This document shows positions 35,822 through 43,458 of a DNA stretch of 64,000 nucleotides, in pieces; the first letter of the stretch is position 1; every line of letters starts with the position of its first letter. Below the pieces are notes generated by a model, which worked only from the letters and a program-made list of their open reading frames with translations, had not been told where the DNA came from and did not search any database. This stretch comes from Candidatus Nomurabacteria bacterium (GTDB lineage: Bacteria; Patescibacteriota; Minisyncoccia; Phycocordibacterales; SBAW01): positions 16,528-80,527 of the forward strand of contig CALREW010000001.1 in the NCBI GenBank assembly GCA_943356415.1. The letters run 5' to 3'. Made by a program: the position numbers and the translations under genes.

Positions 35822-37660
35822 TTGATGCCAACCGTCCAATTGTTTAGAGGCTGCGCTATGCGTGGCGGCGGCGTTTCTATCGACCGGGCGAGTTGTGTTG
35901 ACCTCGCTCGTGTGCCGTCTCGCAACAAAGACAAATGCTGCCCGCACAAATGTGCGTCACCTTGGCGCCTATGCATCGCCTGCGTTAGTCAAGGTGCTGC
36001 CGACCTCGGCACCGTGGACGTGTCGAAGATGTCGCGGCGTGAAGATGGTCTGTGCGACTACCATGCGGAGCACGGGTTTGCCGCTATCAAAAAGCGGGGA
36101 ACTCCGGGCGTCAGCTCGGGTGCACAACGCGGAGCGGCAAGTGGTTCGCCGATCGTGCATCGAGAAGTATCGGTAGGACACGTCGCCGAACCTCTGCTTG
36201 CTCGCACAAATGGTTCTGGCGTAACGCCGCCTGTTGCGGCAGCAAGGCCGGCACCTCAAATGACGCCAGCGCCACAACCGGCGCTTCCGTCAATGCCTGT
36301 GTCACTCCCTGGTCCCTCAAGAGAGAGGGACTCGGTGGTGACACAGGTGACGAAGTCACCTACTACGTCTCAGACGAACGTTCAACCGCCCGCATCTTCG
36401 CCAATTGCGAAGGAAGGGCAGGATGTACCCGTCGACGAGATGCCGGATGGTCCGTGGAAGGAAATCCTGCAGCGTGTGAAGCGTGCGCTGTCGCAATCGA
36501 CGTACGAACCGTCGGTCGACCCTCGCAAGATTCGCCCGTTGCCAGGACAGCCGAGAACGGTATTCAACCCGGTTCGGCTGCTCCGCCTGCGAGCCTCAAT
36601 GATCGAGTCCGGCCAAATCCAGCCGATTACGCTGAGGCGTATCGAGCCGGATGCGGACGGAAACGAGTACGAATTGGTTGACGGCGAGCGCCGGTGGCGC
36701 TCGTCCATGGCAGGACAAGAGATGCTCATGCTGCGCGCCATGGTCGTAGCTATCGACGACGAAGCCGCACAATATGTCATCGCGGTTCTCGCGAATTTCA
36801 ACCGCGAGGAGCATACCCCGCTTGAAGCCTGTGACGCCATCGTGCGTATGCACGAAGGTCTCAAGATGCCGATGGACGCGATCGCTAAGATGTTCGGCAA
36901 GTCAGGTCTCTGGGTTGCGCAGCGCTACGGACTACGCCGGTTGGTGCCGGAGGTTCGTGAGCTGCTTGATCCTGAGCTCGATGAGCACGAACAGCTCACC
37001 ATCACGGCGGCAATCCGCATTTCGCAGAAGACGCCTGAGACGCAGCTTACAACTGCGCGTCGGGTGCTCCGTGGCGAGATGCACGTCAACCAGATCCGTT
37101 CCGACGCACTTGAGCGCGGCGAGGCGGTCAACACGTTCCAACGTACGCCGGCTCACCAGATCGAGTTGTTGGCCGACAACGCGTCCGCTATCAAGCGGAT
37201 CATCGAGAAGCTCAAGAACACGCTTGAAAGCACTGACGAGGCAGTCCTCGCCAACGCAACGCCGCAGAGGCGTGCGCACTTGCTCGCAACGCTTGGTGCT
37301 GTCGCAGAACTCATACACGAGTTGCGCAGTACTTTGGCAACGGCGTTCGCCGAGGAGAAGCCGCCTTCACCGCCTGTGCCACAAGTACGGCCGGCGGAGC
37401 GGCTACCTGTTCCGTTGCCAAGACCGATTCCAACTGCAACTACCGTTCCCTCCGCTGATCGCGAACTAGGGTTCGTCACGGTGGACTACTACGAGCGAAC
37501 GGCAGGAAGCGAGCGGAAGCTGGTCAAAGCAAAGAAGGTGAACGTCGTCGAGTACGGCGCACACCGCAACAACGGTGCTCTTGGCTGGCAAGTTGACGGC
37601 AAGGAACAACCTAAGACTGAAGCGGATTTCTGTTCCCGAATGGGAATTCGCTTCAGATAA
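35822..37660 (+). CDS. ParB-like nuclease-domain protein with a Cys-rich N-terminus and a long disordered linker (high-GC island)
   Basis: Strong Shine-Dalgarno gaggagg; Cys/His cluster (CCPHKC...C..C...CDYH); ParB N-terminal domain with DGERRWR; about 62% GC. Confidence 0.6.
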   Translation: MMPTVQLFRGCAMRGGGVSIDRASCVDLARVPSRNKDKCCPHKCASPWRLCIACVSQGAADLGTVDVSKMSRREDGLCDYHAEHGFAAIKKRGTPGVSSGAQRGAASGSPIVHREVSVGHVAEPLLARTNGSGVTPPVAAARPAPQMTPAPQPALPSMPVSLPGPSRERDSVVTQVTKSPTTSQTNVQPPASSPIAKEGQDVPVDEMPDGPWKEILQRVKRALSQSTYEPSVDPRKIRPLPGQPRTVFNPVRLLRLRASMIESGQIQPITLRRIEPDADGNEYELVDGERRWRSSMAGQEMLMLRAMVVAIDDEAAQYVIAVLANFNREEHTPLEACDAIVRMHEGLKMPMDAIAKMFGKSGLWVAQRYGLRRLVPEVRELLDPELDEHEQLTITAAIRISQKTPETQLTTARRVLRGEMHVNQIRSDALERGEAVNTFQRTPAHQIELLADNASAIKRIIEKLKNTLESTDEAVLANATPQRRAHLLATLGAVAELIHELRSTLATAFAEEKPPSPPVPQVRPAERLPVPLPRPIPTATTVPSADRELGFVTVDYYERTAGSERKLVKAKKVNVVEYGAHRNNGALGWQVDGKEQPKTEADFCSRMGIRFR

Positions 37661-37825
37661 CATCGCGCGCAAGCGTGGAATGTACGGCCGCCGGGGGAGA
37701 CTCCGGCGGCCGCGCTCGTTCGTTTGCTGCTTGTTGCATCAAGAAGAACATTTAGTACATTCAAAAAGGAAGCACTGAAGTCTGGGAGAGTCCTGGACTT
37801 GTGCATCGATGGGGAAGGAACCCAA

Positions 37826-38557
37826 ATGACGATACGCGTGATTTTGGCACCGCGTCCAGCCCGACAGGCCGTTGCCCGTTGGCTGGTGAAGGCCGGTGTC
37901 CCCGGCGTCAATTTCGAGCACCTCACCACGTTCAAGTCCGGTATCAAGTCGCCGTACTACATGGACTGCAGGCTGCTCCAGGCGTCGCCGGAAGCGAATA
38001 TCGAGGTCATCCGCAGCTACGCGGCGTTGATCGACGAGATGCGCACCGTCGCCAACTTCGACTACGACGCTATCGCCGGCATCCAGACGGGTGCGATCCC
38101 GTTTAGCTCGGTGCTGGCCTATGACGGGCAGTTCACATGCGGCAACGGCCGCGCAAGTCTCCCGTGCCCCCACTACTCCATCAAGAAGGAGGAGAAGGAT
38201 CACGGCAAGAAGGGACCCATCGATGGCGGCAGCCCGGTGGGCAAGAACGTGATCGTCGTCGAGGACATGATGACCACTAACGGCAGCTTGCTGCGTGGCG
38301 TCAACGCCCTGAAGACGGCCGGTGCCACGGTCGCTGGATGCGTTGCCATCATGAGCTACGACATCGACGGCGCGAACGAGAAATTCGTCGCGGAGGGCAT
38401 CCCGCTAGGGCTGCTCACCACACTCGATGACGTGCTGCTCGCGATGTTTGAGCAGAAGCAGATTGCCGACTGGCAGTACCGCGAGGTGATCAACTGGCAT
38501 GGCGACCCGCACAACTGGCACAAGCGGTACCAACCCAAGGTCGCCGTTTCCGCCTAA
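37826..38557 (+). CDS. pyrE: orotate phosphoribosyltransferase (high-GC, with a short insertion)
   Basis: FKSGIKSPYYMD N-terminal motif; PRPP-binding VIVVEDMMTTNGS; aligns along its length with E. coli PyrE blocks (EEKDHGKKG and ALKTAGATVAGC). Confidence 0.7.
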   Translation: MTIRVILAPRPARQAVARWLVKAGVPGVNFEHLTTFKSGIKSPYYMDCRLLQASPEANIEVIRSYAALIDEMRTVANFDYDAIAGIQTGAIPFSSVLAYDGQFTCGNGRASLPCPHYSIKKEEKDHGKKGPIDGGSPVGKNVIVVEDMMTTNGSLLRGVNALKTAGATVAGCVAIMSYDIDGANEKFVAEGIPLGLLTTLDDVLLAMFEQKQIADWQYREVINWHGDPHNWHKRYQPKVAVSA

Positions 38558-38604
38558 GGGCGCAGAGCGATCATCAAGGTCGCCTATAAATAAACAAGGT
38601 CGGT

Positions 38605-38640
38605 GCCGGCGGGGCATATCCCCGCCGGCAATCCGTTTCA
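38605..38640 (+). terminator. rho-independent terminator closing the high-GC island
   Basis: gccggcgggg-cata-tccccgccggc plus a T-containing tail. Confidence 0.6.
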
Positions 38641-38657
38641 GCTATACTACTAATGAC

Positions 38658-39695
38658 ATGAGTCAGGCCTCTCTGTATCGCAAATATCGCCCTGCAGAAT
38701 TTAAGGCTGTGCGCGGGCAAGAACATATAACGTCAGTTCTTGAAGCTGCGATAAAGAAAGGGAAGCCGGGGCACGCCTACCTTTTTGCTGGTCCTCGCGG
38801 TACGGGTAAGACATCCATGGCCCGCATTTTTGCTCGCGCCATTGGGACGGATGAAAAAGACCTTTACGAACTTGATGCCGCTTCACACACCGGCGTCGAC
38901 AACGTGCGCGAACTTTTAGATGGTGTTGCAACGAGACCGTTCGCATCGGAGTTTAAGGTCTACATCATCGACGAGGTGCACATGCTTTCGAAAGGTGCTT
39001 TTAACGCATTTTTGAAAACCCTAGAAGAGCCACCTCCTTTTGCACTATTCATTCTTGCAACAACGGAGCTTGGAAAAGTGCCGCAGACTATCCAGTCGCG
39101 TTGCCAAGTTTTTTCATTCAAGTCACCCACACGCGCTGACTTGCGTGCGATGGTAACGGACATTGCGAAACAAGAAGGAGCAACCATCGCACCCGCTGGT
39201 GCAGAGCTCGTGGCATTGATGGGAGATGGTTCGTATCGTGACACGCTGTCAATTTTGCAGAAAGTACTTACCGTCTCATCTGACAAAAAACTTTCAGAAG
39301 ACGAAGTGGCTGCGGTTGTTGGTGCACCTAAGTCGGCAACAGTTGGGATGTTTCTTTCAGCACTAGCCAAGCGAGATACTGAAGGAGCACTGTCTGCGCT
39401 CCACGAAGCACTTTCAAATGGAGCGGACGCTCAAACGTTTGTCATGTTGGCTATTGAACGAGCGCGGGCGATATTGCTACTTCGCTTTGGAGGCAAAGCT
39501 ATGAATGGGCAGGTGGCAGAACAATTTGGCGAAGATGAAGCTGAAACCCTTTTAAAGTTAGCGGGTAAAGATGGGGAGGCTATCAACTCAAAAACCCTCG
39601 CAGAACTTATCGGCGCGCGTATTGAGATGCAGCGCATGCCAGAGCCTGCGATCGCAATTGAATTAGCAGTATATCGACTTCTTGAAACAGTATGA
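38658..39695 (+). CDS. dnaX: DNA polymerase III subunit gamma/tau (short)
   Basis: YRKYRP, GPRGTGKTS, the sensor motifs; start taken at MSQASLYRKYRP. Confidence 0.85.
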   Translation: MSQASLYRKYRPAEFKAVRGQEHITSVLEAAIKKGKPGHAYLFAGPRGTGKTSMARIFARAIGTDEKDLYELDAASHTGVDNVRELLDGVATRPFASEFKVYIIDEVHMLSKGAFNAFLKTLEEPPPFALFILATTELGKVPQTIQSRCQVFSFKSPTRADLRAMVTDIAKQEGATIAPAGAELVALMGDGSYRDTLSILQKVLTVSSDKKLSEDEVAAVVGAPKSATVGMFLSALAKRDTEGALSALHEALSNGADAQTFVMLAIERARAILLLRFGGKAMNGQVAEQFGEDEAETLLKLAGKDGEAINSKTLAELIGARIEMQRMPEPAIAIELAVYRLLETV

Positions 39696-40366
39696 AGATG
39701 CACCCAGATACCGTGCAACGTGTATATCTCGTCCGTCACGGCAGCACCCCGGCAAATGAGACACGTTCGTTTCAAAATCACGAAACACCTCTTTCCGAAA
39801 CGGGTCTAGCACAAGCAGAACTTGTAGCCGAACGTTTTACGCGTATACCCATTGAAATTATTTTGGCGAGCACCATGAAGCGTGCGCAGCAGACTGCTCA
39901 TGCGATACAAAAAGCAACAGGAGTTGAACTAATCTCGTCAGATCTATTGATAGAGCATCTTAAACCTACCGTCGTGCAGGGCAAAGCGCATGATGATGTT
40001 GAAGCGCTTGCCTTGTGGGCAAAAGTTGGACCTGCATTTGGAACATCACAGAAACATAGTGATGAGGAAAATTTCGATGACCTCAAAGCGCGTGGCAAGA
40101 AGGCGATAGAACTTATACGTTCACGAAAGGAAATGCATGTGGCCGTTGTTTTGCACGGAACGTTTTTGAAGATGGTTCTGTGCCTTATGGAGTTCGGCGA
40201 CACGTTGACCGCCGACATGTTCATTCGGGCAGCTCATTTTTTTGGTATGACAAATACGGCGATAAGCATCGTTGACTACCTTCCTGGAATAACGCCAGAG
40301 TTGCCACACGACGAGAAAAGCGATTGGCATTCTCGGGTCATCAACGACTATGCGCACCTTGGGTAG
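39692..40366 (+). CDS. histidine phosphatase family protein (phosphoglycerate mutase-like)
   Basis: RHG motif VYLVRHGSTPANE near the N-terminus. Confidence 0.7.
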   Translation: MKMHPDTVQRVYLVRHGSTPANETRSFQNHETPLSETGLAQAELVAERFTRIPIEIILASTMKRAQQTAHAIQKATGVELISSDLLIEHLKPTVVQGKAHDDVEALALWAKVGPAFGTSQKHSDEENFDDLKARGKKAIELIRSRKEMHVAVVLHGTFLKMVLCLMEFGDTLTADMFIRAAHFFGMTNTAISIVDYLPGITPELPHDEKSDWHSRVINDYAHLG

Positions 40367-40408
40367 CCCTCAGGCACCCTTTTCTGTTATCCTCAAACCG
40401 TTACCTAC

Positions 40409-40479
40409 TGGGGGATCGTCTAATGGTAGGACAGAGGCCTTTGAAGCCTTTAATCGGGGTTCGAATCCCTGTCCCCCAA
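40409..40479 (+). tRNA. tRNA-Gln(TTG)
   Basis: U1-A72 acceptor TGGGGGA/TCCCCCA, anticodon stem GAGGC/GCCTT with loop CTTTGAA, T-loop TTCGAAT. Confidence 0.8.
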
Positions 40480-40606
40480 CTCGAGATGTACGAAGTTCAG
40501 TGAGAGGTGGGGGACAGGGTAGGGAGGGGTCGGGAACCGTGTGATAGTTCCCGTGAAGGAAGGATTGGGAAAACCGTGGGTTTCCCAGCCCCGTGCACCC
40601 CCAACT
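40480..40606 (+). other. structured GC-rich trailer after tRNA-Gln: inverted copy of the tRNA 3' end, two tandem GGGAAMCCGTG hairpins, partial direct repeat of the tRNA 3' end
   Basis: tgggggacaggg (40508-40519) is the reverse complement of the tRNA 3' ccctgtccccca; hairpins gggaacCGTGTGATAgttccc and gggaaAACCGTGGGTttccc; acccccaac at 40596-40604. Confidence 0.6.
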
Positions 40607-40645
40607 AGTTTAAGACAAGCCCGGACTCCAATAGATGATTAAAAT

Positions 40646-41002
40646 ATGGAATCAGAATCATTAAAACTTGCAAAGACTTTTCTCGGCAAAAAAGTTCATC
40701 TTAAATTCGATCAACCTGTCGGTTCTTCGTATAAACCACACAATATAGATAGTTACCCAATTAACTATGGGTATGTACCTGGAGTACCCGCTCCTGACGG
40801 AGATGACCTGGATGCCTATCTTCTCAACGTGTTTGAACCTCTTAAAGACGCAGACGGCGTATGCATCGCCATTATTCATAGAATAAATGACGATGACGAC
40901 AAGTTGATTGTTGTGCCTGAAGGGGCGCAATTGACCGATGAAGAAATTTTAAAGCAAGTCTCTTTCCAAGAGCATTTATACGAAGGTGTCGTTGTAAGAT
41001 AA
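40646..41002 (+). CDS. inorganic-pyrophosphatase-like protein, short form (118 aa)
   Basis: YPINYGYVPGVPAPDGDDLD and NDDDDKLIVVP align with the family I PPase metal-binding Asp clusters, but the N-terminal roughly 50 residues and the C-terminal Tyr-Lys are absent. Confidence 0.45.
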   Translation: MESESLKLAKTFLGKKVHLKFDQPVGSSYKPHNIDSYPINYGYVPGVPAPDGDDLDAYLLNVFEPLKDADGVCIAIIHRINDDDDKLIVVPEGAQLTDEEILKQVSFQEHLYEGVVVR

Positions 41003-41018
41003 ATCTCACCGAGGAGCA

Positions 41019-41279
41019 ATGAAGCGCAGTTCAATCTACTTTCTCTATATTCTGGAGTGCAAAAATGGCTCTCTGTATACGGGCATTACCACCGATGTTG
41101 AGAGACGTTTTAAACAACACAAAGACGGAGTGGGCGGACACTACACGCGGTCTCAAGAAGTTGTTCGCATTGCGCATACTGAAACCTACCCCAATAGGTC
41201 AGCAGCTTTGAAGCGAGAGGCAGAAATCAAAAGGTGGCCTCGGCAGAAAAAATTAATCTTATTAAGGCAAGTACAGTAG
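41019..41279 (+). CDS. GIY-YIG domain protein, YhbQ/UPF0213-like (second paralog)
   Basis: YFLYILECKNGSLYTGITTDVERRFKQH...ALKREAEIK closely resembles E. coli YhbQ. Confidence 0.75.
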   Translation: MKRSSIYFLYILECKNGSLYTGITTDVERRFKQHKDGVGGHYTRSQEVVRIAHTETYPNRSAALKREAEIKRWPRQKKLILLRQVQ

Positions 41280-41283
41280 TTTT

Positions 41284-41604
41284 ATGAGCCAATTGATTTT
41301 TCTTTCACTTATTGGGGCCGCTGTTTTATTTGAAGTAATTGCAGACGTTCTATTTAAAGCGTCCCACTTACAAGGGAAGGCCGTACTTTTATACCTGGGT
41401 GTTGGACTTTACACGATAGGAACTATCATTTGGGCATATTCGCTCCGGTACGACTACCTCTCAAAAGCGATATCTATTTTTACGGTACTGAATTTAATCG
41501 CGGTCATTCTCGCAGGCGTTTTGATTTTTAATGAAGATCTCTCGATGATAAATAAAGCTGGAATTGGGCTCGGGATTATCAGTGTAATTCTTATGCAGCT
41601 ATAA
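41284..41604 (+). CDS. small multidrug resistance (SMR/EmrE-family) transporter
   Basis: 106 aa, four TM helices, conserved E in TM1 (FEVIAD). Confidence 0.7.
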   Translation: MSQLIFLSLIGAAVLFEVIADVLFKASHLQGKAVLLYLGVGLYTIGTIIWAYSLRYDYLSKAISIFTVLNLIAVILAGVLIFNEDLSMINKAGIGLGIISVILMQL

Positions 41605-41612
41605 TCACTTCT

Positions 41613-42290
41613 ATGTCTAAGGCCGAAGCACTTTGGAAAGCCGCTCAACTGCCGCTCTTCGGCATTGCCGCACTCCTCGTGCTCTCTGGCCTCTGGTACC
41701 TGTTCGACTTACCACCGCAAGAGGAGCTTATCGTAATCATCAAAGGATATATCGCGCAGTACGGCTTGGTCCTGGTGTTTGTCGGTGCGTTTCTTGAGGC
41801 GTTGTTACTTATCAGTTGGTACTTCCCTGGAAGCCTCGTCATTTTTATTTCGATACTGCTTTCCCCAACGCCGCAGTACGCGGCACTTTCTGTTGCGGTA
41901 GTGACTGCCGCACTCTATTGCGGGTATGTCGTCAACTTTTTTCTTGGAAAATATGGCTGGTACAAAGTGTTACTCGCTTTTGGGATCAAGAAGAAGCTAG
42001 AGGAGGCTCAAAGTAAGATCGAACGATATGGCGTACGCACAATATTTCTAAGTTATTGGCATCCAGGACTAGCGTCTTTCACTTCTACGGCAGCTGGTAT
42101 TTTGCAATTCAATCTACGAAAATTTTTGATTCTTTCGCTTATTGCCACCGTCGTATGGGATAGCTTTTGGGGTGTCCTCGTCTACTCTCTAGGAGAGCGC
42201 GCTCTCGGCACCATACTTAGCTGGCCGTTTGTTATCGCCGTGGCTATCGTCTGGGTTGTGGCGCGTTACGTTGAAGAGCGTGCCCTTTAG
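41613..42290 (+). CDS. DedA/TVP38-family membrane protein
   Basis: GAFLEALLLISWYFPGS DedA signature region; multi-TM. Confidence 0.65.
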   Translation: MSKAEALWKAAQLPLFGIAALLVLSGLWYLFDLPPQEELIVIIKGYIAQYGLVLVFVGAFLEALLLISWYFPGSLVIFISILLSPTPQYAALSVAVVTAALYCGYVVNFFLGKYGWYKVLLAFGIKKKLEEAQSKIERYGVRTIFLSYWHPGLASFTSTAAGILQFNLRKFLILSLIATVVWDSFWGVLVYSLGERALGTILSWPFVIAVAIVWVVARYVEERAL

Positions 42291-42319
42291 TTGTGGGTAA
42301 GAGGTGCTAAAATCGAGCC

Positions 42320-42679
42320 ATGTTTGTGTCCAAAGGTACCTATAGAATTGCTGCCACGTGCCTCGCCCTGCTTGTCGCTTTTGCTGTAGCGGGAGGAATG
42401 TTGGCGCACGCGGCTATCCCTCACCAGCACAGCCACGCTGGAGAGGGGACAGATATTGGCTGGCAGATTTTACATACGTCGCTTAGGCATGAAGATAAAA
42501 AATCTTTGCTCTCTGTAGCTGCAGATATTTTTGTACTGTTCTGTTTTGGATTTATAACGTCAAACCTTGCACGCATTTCCTTAGGCGTTGGAAGGTCGAG
42601 AAAGAGGTTGTCGCTCGATTTTGATCCACTTTTTGAATACCTGCGAAGCGGCACCGCTTTATATCGGAGGTTTGGATAA
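42320..42679 (+). CDS. hypothetical membrane protein with a His-rich motif (HQHSH)
   Basis: Signal/TM helix, then AIPHQHSHAGEG; co-directional with the copper-related genes. Confidence 0.4.
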   Translation: MFVSKGTYRIAATCLALLVAFAVAGGMLAHAAIPHQHSHAGEGTDIGWQILHTSLRHEDKKSLLSVAADIFVLFCFGFITSNLARISLGVGRSRKRLSLDFDPLFEYLRSGTALYRRFG

Positions 42680-42718
42680 ATGCGACTGGGCATTTATTAG
42701 AACCTTAGTACCGTAGTA

Positions 42719-43399
42719 ATGAAAAAACTTTTAGGTTTTGTTCCTGCACTTCTACTGTGCGCACTACCACTTGCGGCGAGCGCACATCAGCACGCATCGT
42801 TCCTTATCGGTGGCACGCAATATGACTTTGTTATTGGTTCGCTCAACGAGCCAGTCGCGGTCGACGATAAAACCGGTGTCGATTTCCGCGTCATGAGTGG
42901 AGGACACATGATGATGGCCGAAGATGGTGACATGGAAGCCATGGGCGGCACGGCTGCAGCTGGTCTCGAAAAAGATCTCAAAGTCGAGCTTATCGCTGGA
43001 GATAAGAAAAAAACGCTAGATCTCTCTCCGGTGTACAACACGCCAGGTTCGTACAAAGCGATGTTTATCCCGACGGTTGCAACAACCATCTCGTATCGTT
43101 TCTTTGGGACGATAAACAAAACACCGGTTGATATAACCTTTACGTGTCGCGCAGAAGGTGAGGACGCTGCACATGAAGGAGAAAAGGAAGTCTCTGCTGG
43201 CGTAAAACAACTCATGAAAGGTGGAGGTTTTGGTTGTCCTCAAAAGAAAGAAGCACTCGGTTTCCCTGAGGATGCTACACCTCTAGTATCAGTTGCCTCA
43301 ACAGCAAATAGTGCTTCGACAAAAGGTACGTGGGCGTTAGGTCTAGGAGTCGCAAGTCTGGTGCTCGGCGTGGTCGCGTTCATGCGTCGTAAGTCATAG
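42719..43399 (+). CDS. secreted/anchored putative metal (copper)-binding protein
   Basis: Signal peptide, AHQH, Met-rich SGGHMMMAEDGDMEAMGG segment typical of Cu(I)-binding Met motifs, C-terminal TM anchor. Confidence 0.45.
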   Translation: MKKLLGFVPALLLCALPLAASAHQHASFLIGGTQYDFVIGSLNEPVAVDDKTGVDFRVMSGGHMMMAEDGDMEAMGGTAAAGLEKDLKVELIAGDKKKTLDLSPVYNTPGSYKAMFIPTVATTISYRFFGTINKTPVDITFTCRAEGEDAAHEGEKEVSAGVKQLMKGGGFGCPQKKEALGFPEDATPLVSVASTANSASTKGTWALGLGVASLVLGVVAFMRRKS

Positions 43400-43458
43400 G
43401 TTTTTTGACCGGTACGCCCGCGCGACGGAAGTTGCGCGGGATGTGCTCGGTCCCATAC

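Noticed and set aside
35760-38640. The ParB-like plus phosphoribosyltransferase pair as a PRTase-effector defence system
   Set aside because: The PRTase aligns block by block with bona fide PyrE (OPRTase), including the PRPP loop and the N-terminal orotate-binding motif. It is best read as a metabolic gene, not a defence effector. The ParB-like protein may still be a nuclease.
40350-40544. The 64 aa ORF 40350-40544
   Set aside because: It lies entirely over tRNA-Gln and its structured trailer.
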